57,758 bases of DNA from Alloascoidea hylecoeti (GCA_001600815.1 BCKZ01000017.1:160390-218147); one strand, 5' to 3'. Positions 36,934 to 52,585 are shown, counted from the stretch's first letter. Made by a program: numbers and translations. The notes: generated by a model from the letters alone, not told the origin.

Positions 36934-39534
36934 TTATTGATAATAATGGTAAAAGATCTAGATTTAAAATAGAAAATGAAAATGAATCAACAAAGACTTT
37001 AAAATCAATTAAAATGTCTAGATCTAAAATGATAACAAAACCAAGATTTTTAACAATTTATGAAGATGACAATGATAATTATATTGACGTTGATGATGAA
37101 AAATATCTAAAAACGAGAAAAAGGCCTAAAACTTAAGTTTGCTTGGACTTTTAAAAAATTATTATGGAAAATAGGCTCTTAAAATTAAAAAAAAAGAAAA
37201 AAAGTTGGAATCAAGGGGTATTTTTACCATATATTTATTATATTTAAATCCATTTATTATTTATTTATTTAACAAAAATCTATCATAATCATATAATGTG
37301 TGTGTGTTCCTTCACGACTACAATAATTAAAAATCAAAAATGCGATGCGTAAAATTTACTTTCTTTTTAACCAACCACTACTGGCAGACGAAGACTTGAG
37401 CAAGGAGTGATATTTGAAGAGTGTCGGATATAATTATAAGTTAAGTCAATGATTAAAAAAGCGTTAGTTTGTACTGGCATGTAAGCTTGAAAAAAATAGA
37501 GAAAAAGATCCAACGTCTCTGAGAATTAGCAGTTTCGAACCTGTTGGGGTTTCCTTTATCTAAATTTCGATGAATAAATAATAACATAAAAATTTGCAGT
37601 AAATATAAATTAACTATGCATAGTTTATAAATAAGGGTGTATCTACGGACGGACCCCTCTTTATTAAAGTCATTTCGCCTGCTTAAGGTGCTAATTCATG
37701 CACTAACGTTTGTCCATTCTTTTGGATACTTCTAATGCTCTATACACCAGATATTCGGCTCTTTTTTAACTTAATGCGGCCAAGGGAAATGGTAAGCAAT
37801 TGTTATAAATTTTGCTGAATATCTAGTCATTATATATATTATTATATAAGTCAAATAAACCGCCGAATTACGTAAGCCAAAATGGCACACCCTTCTTATT
37901 ATCATCTACGGTGGGAAGGATTTGATGATGGCTTCCGTATACCATTATCTAGGCGAATACTGGGAAAACGGTCAAACTTATTCCCTTCGTTTTTCAAAAA
38001 TTTAATGACCTCTACCACAAATTGGTATCAAGTCGTATAAAGATTTTAAGATAATTTGGGTTTAATCGGGTTGGTTATTCATTACAGCAGCTTAAATTGA
38101 TAATCTCTATTTATCACAGATTTTGATATAATTGAGGTAAGACACAATGCCATCATTTTCTGTTTTCAATAAATATCTTGCTATTTGGTTTATTAACTTC
38201 CACCCTTTTTTACTGTAACAGTAGATACTGTTTACAGTCTGAAACAATCAATTAACGATGAAATCCTAATCAACTCAATCAACTAGAAAATGAATGAAAT
38301 AAAGAAAAAGTATCACACTTTGTTCAACGTATTAACAAGATACATGTGAAATTGTTTAATTTTACTAATATCTGAGTTTTTACTGATCATTGGTGATTTT
38401 CTCTTGTTCATATTTCATCAATTAGTTGTTGATTAAAATTCTGAATACTGACTTTATAAATATATTTATAACTATATCAAAATCTTAGTGTTTGGAAAAG
38501 GATGTATATTATTCAATTTATAATTACTTCTACTCGACACACTTAATGCATTATACATCTGTACTGAGGTTTCATTGTGAGATTTATGTTACTGGCATCC
38601 ATGTAAGTTATAATTATGAATTACTATTCTACATTTACAATTGTAATGGAATACATAAAGGAAAATTTAAGAGAACGGCCACTCATTTCATTCTTCACCC
38701 TTAACTTTAATCGATCTGATATAATAAGTATGTCAGAAATGTTTGAAAGCTGCACTATCCCCTTGTGGTCCTCTATTTGATTGCTGGAATTCTGTGGTTA
38801 ACAAACTGTTCTTGTTAATCAACTTAACGAATCTTTGAGAAGTTGGATTGGAGGACGTGGGGATAAAGCAGGAGTATCAGTTTTCCCAGTATTGTAACAA
38901 TCAAAAGCTTGTTCAAATGAGTCGGTTGCCGTCGAAGGTAAATTCAAGTTGCATAAGTTATATGTCAACAAGTAGGAGGAAGTTGCAATTAAAACATAGT
39001 ATTTTACGGTATAATAAGCTGCGAAATTCGCTTATATTTAACAGAGCTCGTCGTTTCATATTAGTACAGTTAACCCTACCATAGTATTACACAACGAATT
39101 ATATTTATAATATTCACTAATTGTTCAACCTCCCATGAGACAGTTTAATTTTGTAAACCTTCTCATTATACTAACTTCACGATATGAATAATATAATAAT
39201 ATAAAGCCTTTTAGGAAACTTGGAATTTTCGTTGCCTATTTTAAAACATGACTAGTGATATTGATAAACTACTCCGTAAAAGGGTCTACAGAAAACTTTA
39301 TAGATTCAAAATATGTCTGACTGCTAGTGGTTAATGTTAATTGTAAAAAAATTCTGATATTAACGTTAAACGCACAAAACGAAATAGTATATATACTAGT
39401 TACGAAGTAGTATCAATATAGTTTGGTGGTGCCGTCCCTGTCCCCATCTCGAGAAATTACTCTTTTTCCTTAACCTTATTCGTTCAAATCAATACCCAAT
39501 AATACTACTCTGATAAATATTTAATAAAGTAATA

Positions 39535-40500
39535 ATGGCGATTTTTGCAAGGGAATACCTTATGACAGGTCCATTAAACTTGGTTCTAAGATACTTTAAT
39601 AGATCATTGCTACGAGTTTTAGCAGGAATTTTTTCAATTATTGCATGTGCAACGACAGGATTTATATTTTTATATTCAATTTTTGCAATTTTTTTACATC
39701 ATGATTTATCATTAAATGAAAGACAACTTCAAACAATTTCAGCATCGAGTGAATTAGTTATGTATATGTCAATTCAAACCATGCCATGGATATTGTCATT
39801 CGGTGGATCGGCTTCATTTTCATTGGTATCGGGTGTAAGTACATTATTTGGTTATCATCTTGTTTCTACGGCATATTCAAGTATGGCTAGTAGTAATTTG
39901 GATGTTGATGGGTTGGGATATCCAAAAATATTAATTGGATATTGTTTAATTGGATTTGGTAATACATCAATGTACATTGGATCAGTTACAAATTTAATTG
40001 AAATATTCAAAAATTATACGGGTACAGCAGTAGCAATTGGAATAATTTCAAATAATAGTTCATTTATGTTTGCCAGATTTTTATTAGAAAAATTTATATT
40101 ATATTCATCTGGTCAAAATGATTTAACAAATTCATCATCAATTGTTTTTAATCTTGGTGATTTTTATCCAAAGATTTTTAAATTTTATTTGGTTATTTGT
40201 TCATTGAATTATTTTTCATCGTGTGTTGTCAATCTTGATAAAAATATTATTGTTGAAGAGTCGGAGATTAAGAATGAAACTACGAATAGATTTTTCTTGA
40301 ATCAAAATAGATCACTGAGATTATTTCTCATTAGTTTTATATTAATTATTAGTCCTATCAGTTCATTATTCGGGAGTGAGATTAGTGGTGAATTTATGAA
40401 ACCAGGATGGTTTTATCCATTATTTCCAATTATTATGATGGCTGATTCCATTGGAACGAAACCTATGGTATCGGAAGTTGCTGGGAGTGAGGTGAAGTGA
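39535..40500 (+). CDS. Divergent, C-terminally truncated Mch1-like MFS protein (possibly a pseudogene)
   Basis: Colinear with neighbouring Mch1 (LLRVLAGIFS, QLQTIS..SELVMY, IGFGNTSMY, IFKNYTGTAVA, SLRLFLISFILIISP) but stops at 321 aa. Confidence 0.6.
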   Translation: MAIFAREYLMTGPLNLVLRYFNRSLLRVLAGIFSIIACATTGFIFLYSIFAIFLHHDLSLNERQLQTISASSELVMYMSIQTMPWILSFGGSASFSLVSGVSTLFGYHLVSTAYSSMASSNLDVDGLGYPKILIGYCLIGFGNTSMYIGSVTNLIEIFKNYTGTAVAIGIISNNSSFMFARFLLEKFILYSSGQNDLTNSSSIVFNLGDFYPKIFKFYLVICSLNYFSSCVVNLDKNIIVEESEIKNETTNRFFLNQNRSLRLFLISFILIISPISSLFGSEISGEFMKPGWFYPLFPIIMMADSIGTKPMVSEVAGSEVK

Positions 40501-40764
40501 AGTAGTTAGCCGCCCTAACAGAGTTGATAGGAAAGAGAAAGTTGGCTAATATTAGATTAACTAATAAAAATTAAAGCCCTTGCGTACATCCCTGTACGCC
40601 AGCATAAAATTAGATTTATTTAGATGTGACTCAGTTATCAGTTTCTCCATACTTCGGTATAAATTTGTTTAATCCCACCTTTCTTCTCCATATATTTCAC
40701 TTCACATTTATTGCATTTTTTATCTTTTTTTTTTCATTTTTTTTCCATCTTAACATTTCAACAG

Positions 40765-42394
40765 ATGAGAACAAGAATAGAACATCACCTTACAGTTCAT
40801 CTTCGATCCGTTTTAGAAAAATACGATCATAATTTCTTAAGAGTAACCGCATTTTTCTTATCTTTATTTTGTTGGTACGTGTTTATCCTCTATTCCGGAT
40901 CAGATCGGTTTTTAAAAAACGAATAGATTATTAATAAAAATTTATACATTTTGATTATAATAATTCACGACATATTTAGCTTTCAGCTAGTTAACTAATC
41001 TTCATAATAGTCTTTCAGCTGGTTCAATAGTTGTTATATCATTATTTGCACCATTATTTCAAAGTCATTTACATTATACACAAATTCAAGTCAATATAAT
41101 ATCAATATGTGGAGAACTAGGAATGTATTTACCATTACCAATACTAGGATATTTAGCTGATATTCACGGGCCAGTTATATTAACATTATTATCAATGTTA
41201 ATGTTTTGTCCAAGTTATTTTATAGCGGCTTTATGTTTTCAAAATGAATGGGATTTTAGAATTATGGTTGTTTGCTATACATTTATTGGAATCGGTACAT
41301 CATCATTATATTTTTCATCAATGATTATTTGTGCGAAAACTTTTAAAAATTATCAAGGATTAAGTATTAGTGGGCCTGTTGCTTGTTATGGATTATCATC
41401 CTTGATTGAAGCACAAATCATTAAAAAATGGTTTTTGAAAATTGATACCGATGATGAAGTTGATATTGATAATAGAGGCAAAATTGTTGATGTTTATACC
41501 AGTTATATGTTTTTTGCGATACTTTATTTAATTACGGGAATTTTCAATTGGATTAGTTCTAGTGTCGTTGCAATTGAAAGAGAAATATTACAAGAAGATG
41601 ATGATATTCACAAACCAACTGAACAACAACCATTATTAGAAGGGGAAGAAAGAGAAACAATTACAACTGATACAGAAAATAGAATCATAAAACCTTTAGA
41701 ATTAACACAAAACGAAAAATTAATATTATTTTTAAAAGATAAATCAATGTGGTTATTTATGTTATCATTCTTACTAAGTATTGGACCATTAGAAATGTTT
41801 ATAAATAATATGGGAACGATTTTATTTACTATTGGTAAGAAAGCACCATCTACAACAACTATAGTTTCATTGCATGCGTTATTTTCAACTATTGCTAGAT
41901 TTGCAACTGGTGGATTTTCTGATTATTTCTCATCAGAATCGCGAAAGACTTTCCGATTATCACGGGTTCATTTCCAATTAGTTGCTTTCGTAATTGGTGG
42001 AATAGGACAATATTTAATCAGTAATGGATTTGCATTGACAAAAAATGGAGAAAATTTCAATATAATTGCAGCATTAAACGGTACAAGTTATGGTATTTTA
42101 TTCACAATCTATCCAACTATAATTGCGAGTGTTTGGGGTGTTGAATCAATAGGTACAAATTGGGGTATGTTTATGATCGCTCCTGCGATTGGATCCTTGA
42201 TTTATGGGGTTCTATTTGCGGTGAAATACGATAAACAGAACTGTGCAGGGCTTGTTGGCAAAAACGTCGAAGAGATACAAAAATGCTTTTCGACTACGTT
42301 CGACGTAACTTTTCTTGGATTTGTTATTGCGTTTGGAGTTGTTTTGTTCATTTGGCGGGTTCTGTGGAGAAAACGAGGAATTCCCGTATATTAG
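40765..42394 (+). CDS. MCH1: Mch1 (nodulin-like MFS transporter); exons 40765-40874 and 41011-42394
   Basis: MRTRIEHHLTVHLR N-terminus like Mch1. Intron GTACGT(40875)..AACTAAT..TAG(41010) joins in frame to LSAGSIVV...ELGMYLPLPILGYLADIHGP. Confidence 0.88.
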
Positions 42395-42442
42395 CTACAT
42401 ATTAGGATAGACTTATGTAATCGAGCAAACCTGAAGCATACT

Positions 42443-42455
42443 TACGTGTCACGTG
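42443..42455 (+). promoter_or_regulatory. Overlapping UPRE-2-like (TACGTGTC) and Cbf1-like (TCACGTG) sites upstream of SEC61
   Basis: TACGTGTCACGTG about 140 nt before the SEC61 ATG. SEC61 is a known UPR target in yeasts. Confidence 0.4.
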
Positions 42456-42586
42456 TGTGAATACCGGGTAACACTTTCTTCGCTGTCCTCCACGAACACC
42501 TTTTCTCAATTTCCATCTCACTTGCTTTTTCACTTCTTTTATCTAAATCATTTTTTTCTCTTGTTGTTGTTTCTGTTATAATCACA

Positions 42587-44243
42587 ATGAGTGGAGGTAT
42601 GTCTGTTAATATTTTTGCAACTTTCGATGCAATTTGGATTGAAAGTGAAACGTTAGGCGTTCAAGTGGGGTCCCTCATCGATGCGTTTTTTTGGAAGCCA
42701 CGTCACAATGTGTCAACCCATTTAATTCCATAATGGTATCCCATGACAATCACAATACTTTAAATACACGTTTGAATTTCTATAGAATGTCCATTGACCT
42801 TTTTTAAATTTTATAATTTTAGTTCGTGTGTTGGATCTTGTGAAACCTTTCACGGCATATTTACCTGAAGTAATTGCACCTGAACGAAAAGTAGCATTTA
42901 ATCAAAGATTAATATGGACTGCTATCACTCTTTTAATTTTCCTTGTCATGTCTGAAGTTCCATTGTATGGAATTGCTTCCGCAGATAGTTCTGATCCTCT
43001 TCTTTGGTTGCGTATGATGCTTGCTAGTAACAGAGGTACTCTGATGGAATTAGGTGTTTCTCCAATTATCTCCTCTGGTATGGTTTTTCAATTATTGAGT
43101 GGAACTCAGATAATCTCCGTTAATATGGAAGTTAAATCGGATCGTGAATTGTTTCAAACTGCTCAAAAATTGTTTGCAATTATTTTATCTATAGGACAAG
43201 CTACTGTTTATGTTATGACTGGAATGTATGGTCCACCAAGTAGTTTAGGTACTGGAGTTTGTGTATTACTTGTTTTACAATTGGTTTTTGCAAGTATAAT
43301 TGTTATATTATTAGATGAATTATTACAAAAAGGTTATGGTTTAGGTTCCGGTATTTCTCTATTTACCGCAACAAATATTTGTGAACAAATTTTCTGGCGT
43401 GCTTTTGCTCCAACAACTGTTAATACAGGTAAAGGAGAAGAATTTGAAGGTGCTGTAGTTGCTGCAGTTCATTTATTATTCACCAAAAAGGATAAAAAGA
43501 GAGCACTCGTTGAAGCTTTTTATAGACAAAATTTACCAAATTTATTCCAATTAGCTTCTACAATTGCTATTTTCTTTATTGTTGTTTATTTACAAGGTTT
43601 CAGAGTTGAAATTCCTGTTAAATCAACTCGTCAAAGAGGTCCTTATGGTCTTTATCCAATTAGATTATTTTATACCTCAAATATGCCAATTATGTTACAA
43701 TCTGCTTTAACATCAAATATTTTTATTGTTTCACAAATGTTATTTGGAAAATTCCCAACAAATCCATTTGTTAAGTTTTTAGGATCTTGGGAAACAAGAC
43801 AAGCTACTTCTCAATGGACAGCAGTTGGAGGATTGGCTTATTATATTCAACCACCATTTAGTTTTACTGATGCATTACTTGATCCAATTAGAACTGCTGT
43901 TTATATTGTATTTGTGCTTTCTGCATGTGCTGTTTTTTCAAAAACTTGGATTGAAATTTCTGGAACATCTACAAGAGATGTATCTCAACAATTTAAAGAT
44001 CAAGGATTAGTTATTGCAGGACATCGTGATACATCAGTTTATAAAGAATTAAACCGAATCATTCCAGTTGCTGCTGCTTTTGGTGGTGCAACTATTGGTG
44101 CGTTATCAGTATTTTGTGATTTATTAGGAACTTTAGGTAGTGGAACATCAATTTTATTGGCAGCTACTACAATCTATGGTTATTATGAAACAGCTGTTAA
44201 AGAAGGTCAATTGGGTAAACCAAGTGATTTGGTTACCTTTTAA
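42587..44243 (+). CDS. SEC61: Sec61 translocon alpha subunit; exons 42587-42596 and 42823-44243
   Basis: ATG AGT GGA G|GTATGT..CATTGAC..TAG|TT CGT gives [13 protein letters not shown]. Also [28 protein letters not shown] and GSGTSILLA. Confidence 0.96.
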
Positions 44244-45611
44244 CTAACTAAAAAGAAAGATAATCAATAATAAATAATTAATGTCATAATCAATAATGGA
44301 AAATTTTCATTTAAATTTCTTTCTGGTGCTGATAATGATTGTATTATTTTTTTATATATACTCTGTAATCATATATTATAACATTTATATTGAGATAAAA
44401 AAAAGAAAAAGAGAAAAAAAGCAAGAACAAGAACAATGTAAAAAAAGAGAAGAGAACTTAAGGATGGAAAAAAAATTGTGATTAGAGGGAGTTCATTTGG
44501 AATGATATCCTCGCGCTTATATTTATAAGGTTGTAACTAATTTTTTATTTTTTTATTTTATATCGTTTTCTTTTTGTTTTTGTCTGTTTGTTTGTTTTTT
44601 TGCAATTCCAATAACATATTTTAAATAAGTAAATAAAGAAAAGTAAAAATAGATTTCAATTAATGTGAAAATCTATTTTCATATCAATAAAAAATCCGAT
44701 TCTAAACTTATTTCCACAAACAAGAGAACTTCAGCTCAGGCGCATATTAGCGTTGTAACCAAACATCTTCAACAACGTTCCGTCATTAACAAAAAGAAAA
44801 CTGACCAATTTAACATTGCAGTGAATCTTTCATGAGCCAAACATTGTTAAACTCTGCACTATCTATCGTGACATAATTAATTGCAGCCATATTTTCGACA
44901 ACTCAATCGTCCCCGCCCTTGTAACTAGTATACTCATAACAAAACCGTGACCAATTTTGGATGAAAATTTCTTCAAAACTCCGTTCCTATTGGAGCCTAA
45001 GATCATAAATAAATCTTCAGCGGGGTATATGATTAATTATGTCATGAAATTTGTTCTTAAAATAGTGTATAAAATCCAGATATTTTACTAGTCATCTTAC
45101 GGTTATAATACCAGAAATGACTCTCGGCATTGAGTCTACAAGGAGTATTAGGAATAGGAACCCCCACACTAGGCAACCACTATTTTACAATATGACCCAG
45201 ACTTTCGTAGAGGATCCTGTGTTGACTGAGTATTCGTTACTGAATTCAACACTACTATCTTAAATGTCATGAGACCACTCTAGAGTCCAGTCGCGTCTAT
45301 ATTTAGACTATATCATTCTGTTCCCTTGGTTCTTCGCATTCAGAAAAGGCCTTTTACACTCCGAGCATATTCCATATTCATGCTTTCTTAGAGGTATTCT
45401 TTTAGGGTGTGTTTTCAGAGCGGTGCCCGAAAAAAAGCGCCAGTTTAATCTTGACCCACCAGGTGCTATTTGGGAGACTCCAGTCCGGTGCAAACACACA
45501 AAATTTCCAGAATAATTAGTTTGAATTGTAATAAATTGTTTTTAGGGAGTTGACATTTGAAATAAATACCCAACAATTGTTTGTAGGTTTTCCTATGACA
45601 AGGAGAGTAAG

Positions 45612-46000
45612 CTTTCGTGAGGACTCGATTTCTCCTGTCAAACCAAGTGCTTCAAAGGTATCACAGATTATGTCATTTCTATGTTACTTCACCAGTTGAA
45701 ACAGTGATATTTTTTTGATATTTGTGGATACGTATTACGTAATGATATTCTTTAAATATATATAATTATTTATTTACCTTCAATGTTTAAATTAACGAAC
45801 AAACATATTGTGAAATGGCCAATCAATTGCAATATCAACAGCATCTGATATTTTCGTTTCTACACAACTAGACTTTTTAACTTGCAATTGATTGAATCTA
45901 GGGTATAATTGCTGGAATCTTTGATTCAGGTATGTCTTAATTAAAAACCACCTACAATGTGTTTGGTTCAAACCCCAATTCATCAACCCCCCTTTATAAG
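45612..46000 (-). repeat. Dispersed degenerate repeat, copy C (longest)
   Basis: Reverse complement carries tataaaggggg..tgaattgggg, ccctagattcaatcaa, aaagaatatcattacgta and gtttgacagga..aatcgag, shared with copies A and B. Confidence 0.75.
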
Positions 46001-46897
46001 CTATCACCATTAGGGCTTTTGCTAGTCTAAATGATGAATTGTTATGTTTTTTTTTTCAAAAACTTTAACATAAATTATGTGTATTAATCATTTTAAATTT
46101 TGAAATCGATATTAATGTATTCAAATGTCTGTGTCATTTTGCATGCAAATGACATTAATATCCATACATAAGCTCTGACAAAAAGATAGAACCATGAGTT
46201 AATAGTTAAGAATTCATTAACATTCCATTCTCAGTACTCCGCTTAAAACTTCCAGATATCATCTAATTCATCATTCTTGACTCATATCAGTCAATAATAT
46301 AGTGAATTTCCATAGATTAGTCTTCATCTGATTCGTTTAAATTTTTAATCTACTAACTTACAAGCACATATTGACTGCATGCGAATGATTAATATATTCA
46401 CATACATAGACCAAGGTTTATCAATGATTTTATCAATTAAGCTTTACATTCTGTTACAGGTAGTTAATGTATGGAAACATATTTGAACTTTGAAGAGTTA
46501 AAGAAACTAAAATATGATTGAATACTCTAATTTAATTAACAATTGTTCGAGCTCTATCTCCAACAATTTTAAATGATAAGCGCTCTCTCATATTTACTTC
46601 TACACTTAAATTTAAATTTAAAAGGTTATATAGCTATTGTTACAATTGTAACATTTGAATATCAAATCCCAAAAGTATTATATTATGATTATGATAATGA
46701 TAATCGATATCATGAGAAATTTTTTATTTATATACCTACTAGAAACTAGTTAAATGCATTTTTCTTTTTAATAACTTAACCCAAATTAATTGCAAATTAA
46801 TAATAAAAAAAATAGAAAAAAAAAAGGAAACAAGAAAATCTGTGCATTGAAAAAAATTAAAAGAATAAATATAAAAGAATGAAAGAATAAATAAGTG

Positions 46898-46988
<91 letters not shown>
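46898..46988. repeat. Long poly(dA) tract (A54-T-A36) downstream of HCM1
   Basis: Directly visible homopolymer. Confidence 0.9.
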
Positions 46989-46989
<1 letters not shown>

Positions 46990-47114
46990 AGAAAATTGGA
47001 AACAATCTATACTAGTAAAACTAATATTGAAGTAGAAATGAGTAAAAAATAAAAGTCATAAAGTAACAATGAATACAGTACTTTTATTTTTTTTTATATA
47101 TGTCAATTAATGAA

Positions 47115-49460
<2,346 letters not shown>

Positions 49461-49700
49461 CGGAGTCTCAATATCGATACCAATACGAATATTCTCAGGA
49501 AAGAAGGAAAAGATCCAATTTATCCCAAAAGCGCGTTCGAGCTGCGCGTAATGCACGGCTGCAGACACCCACCGAGTCCCACGTGTGGCCGCATGCATCT
49601 GCGCTGGCCCACCCGGTCACCTGACGCGCGCCGGTTACCCGCCCTCCCCTCCTCCTTTGCTACCTGTCAACTCCGTCTTCACCACCCCCATTCCGGAAAA

Positions 49701-50989
49701 ATGTGCCTGAAATATCTTGCTCTGTCCCTCCTTTCCGTGGCTGGCTGTCTGGTTTCTGCCGAGGAGGAGCTGACGGCCGACGATATCCTGTATGTGTGTC
49801 CGCATTTGCTGTTTCGCCCAATTTTCTATTTTCACACTTTTCATACTAATATTCTAGTGAGCCTATAATTGATTCCGTCTCCGCAACCGCATCGGCCGTA
49901 GCTTCATCCGCCGCTGGAAGTGCTCCCAGCGTCTTGTCCAGAGATGAGTTGCTGAAAATGACCATCCTCGAAAGAGTCCTTGCCTATAACTGGACCCAAG
50001 AGTTTTACATTTTGGGAATGATCTTCTTTTTCGTTGCTCTTTATATCGGAGGTTCATATTGGAATAGAACAAAAGCAACCACTTGGATTGAAAAACATAA
50101 AGAAATGTTGGGCCAACAATTTCATCAGCTTGGAATCGATTCTAAAGGGAAACTTTATTATTCAGATGAGCCAAAAGAATTTATTACTTATGCTACTGGT
50201 CGTCAAAATATTGATAGTTTCAAAGCTACTTTAACTTTACCTGCAAGACATACTTTCATGCAATATATTATTGAATTAATTGTTTCTTTCTTTTTTGAAT
50301 CTGTCCCAACTCCACAAGAACATATTCAAATCATTTTAACTCCAAATAAATCTGCTGAATTTGATAATTTTATCTTTGCAATTGTTTCAAAAGAAGTTAT
50401 GACAAAAGCAAGAAATGAAAATTATTATTTATCTTTAACTAAAACAACTGATTCTTCAAAATTACCAATTAATTTTGTTTTTATGTCTGAAGCTGCTGAA
50501 ATAACTGATCTTTTATTTGATGTAAATTCAAAATTTAAAGAAGTTTTTGATTCTAATAATTCTGTATTAAATTATATTTCAATAACTGATCAAAATAATG
50601 AAAAACCTGATTCAATTGAATCGTTAACTTCAAATAGAAAAATAATTATTGATTTAAAATTTCCAAACAATTCAACCGAATATGAAGAATCAATTAAATT
50701 AATTGATGGTTCAATTAATTTTGTTGATTTTATTATTGAAAAAGCTCATTTTAGAAATGATATTTTGAAAAAAATTAAATCAACTAGACAAGTTGAAATT
50801 AATAAAATTCAAAAATTATTAGATGAACAAAAACAAGAAGAATTATCTGAAAAGAAAGCAGAAGAATTAAAATTAAAAAAGAAAGAATTATCTAAATTAA
50901 GTTCTTCTGAACAACGTAAAATTGAACAAAAAAGGAGAGAAAAAGAACAACGAAAACAAAGAAATAAACAACAAAAAAGAGTAAGATAA
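49701..50989 (+). CDS. CCDC47/YNR021W-like ER membrane protein (DUF1682); exons 49701-49789 and 49858-50989
   Basis: Signal peptide MCLKYLALSLLSVAGCLVSA. Intron GTATGT(49790)..TACTAAT..TAG(49857) is in frame. One TM segment, YATGRQN, FIFAIVSK, FVFMSE and a basic coiled-coil C-terminus. Confidence 0.88.
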
Positions 50990-51543
50990 ATTAATCAATT
51001 AATCAACCAATATTTAATGCCATTAATGAGATTGACACCAACGATGATATTACATTCAATATTTTTACATTTAGAATTTTAAAAAACATAATATTTATAA
51101 TTACAGTTTATATAGTTTAAAAGGTTCACTTACTACATTTATAATCTTCTCATTGTAATCTTCCCATCTTGATATCTATTGATTTTAAAAAGTAATTTAA
51201 TCATAAAAATATAGGAACAAACTAATGCTGATAGATATGGCTAACTAAAAATGAAAAAAAAAAAAAAACATTTGACACGACGCTAAAATCACTTCAATTA
51301 TAAATTAAAGAGGTAGATAAATAGCAAATGTGAATCTTTTCTGTTCAAATTAATTTTTCCACTTCCCTCTTAAATATTTTGTCCCTATTTCTTAACTATG
51401 TGTAGTATTGTGTTAATATGCATAGTAATATTAATGATTATGAAAGATACGAAATTTCCTTATAGCGTAGTATGTGTTTTCTAGACGCCAAAATTTTGAT
51501 CCAGAAAAATATTGTTCATTTTCAGTGTTCCGGGTCCCTCACC

Positions 51544-52585
51544 ATATAAAGGGAGAGGGTGAATTGGGGCTTGAGCTAATCAGTATATTAATAATGATAT
51601 ATGTAAGTAAGGGGATGTAAGCGGATTGTGTTGATTATCCCTGCAGTTACACCCTAGATTCAATCAAGCTTAATATAAACTTTATAAACTTAGGAATGAA
51701 GATAACAGATAATATTTGATATTAAAACTTCATTCCCCCACGCATTTTACATTCTTCTCTTATAATCATCATTTATTTAAGAATTTTCTTATAATTTTCA
51801 TGTTAGAATTATATTCTTGTATGATTAGAATGTCAGGATAGGATTAAACCTTTTAAAAAAAATTTAGAATTATTTTTTTAAACTACAGGATATTTAGTTC
51901 TTTAAATATCAAAAATCACATGTTATTATAGGGATCGGTTTTTTGTGTCTGTGAAGCATTCGTCTGCCTATCAATTCTATCCGGCTGGTTTCTGTCTCTC
52001 GTTTGTCAGCTTATTGTTTGTTTTAAGCAGCCCTAGTCTTATTTTCCTCATCCTATACAGGTTCTTTCATAATAATTTCTATTCAAACTATCTGTATACT
52101 AAGCACGTTAACATCCAATTACATATATCTAAACTGCCAACTTGAACTCGTAAACCAGTTGTAAATAAATTGTAATAATAATACATTCGATTGTATTGAG
52201 AAGATTTAGAGCAGATGTACTAAATTGTACTGTTTTTTTTTTCCATCCTTTGATGACGATTATTACAGGTCTTTTATCCCATTCGAATAATGAAGGACCA
52301 GGTATTTTGCTAGATTAATATTCCTTTATGAACATTATATATAGTCATTTGGAAAGTTATTCTCTAGTGCCACTGTGCCGAGGATAGCAGTAAGATCTAC
52401 AAGATTATTTCAATATGTTAAAGAATATCATTACGTATCCAAAAATATTTTTTAACGGCTTCAACTAGTGACAAAGGAATATTGTTATTCTTCTAGGTGA
52501 TCGTGATAGAATTGTCATAATGATTGATAAATGAGGACAATACCCGTGAAGTACAGTTTGACAGGAAATCGAGCTACCACGAAAC
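51544..52585 (+). repeat. Dispersed degenerate repeat, copy B, split (51544-51670 and 52417-52585)
   Basis: tataaagggagagggtgaattgggg and accctagattcaatcaa, then about 750 bp later aaagaatatcattacgtatcc..tagaattgtcataat..gtttgacaggaaatcgag; colinear with copy C. Confidence 0.7.

Noticed and set aside
36863..36961. Alternative intron GTGAGA..CACTAAT..AG as the route into the FBP1 extension
   Set aside because: Both nearby AGs (36955, 36961) return to the zero frame and stop quickly; they do not reach the open -1 frame.
37880..37990. YYHLRWEGFDD peptide resembling a retrotransposon chromodomain
   Set aside because: Too short, with no adjoining integrase or RT motifs.
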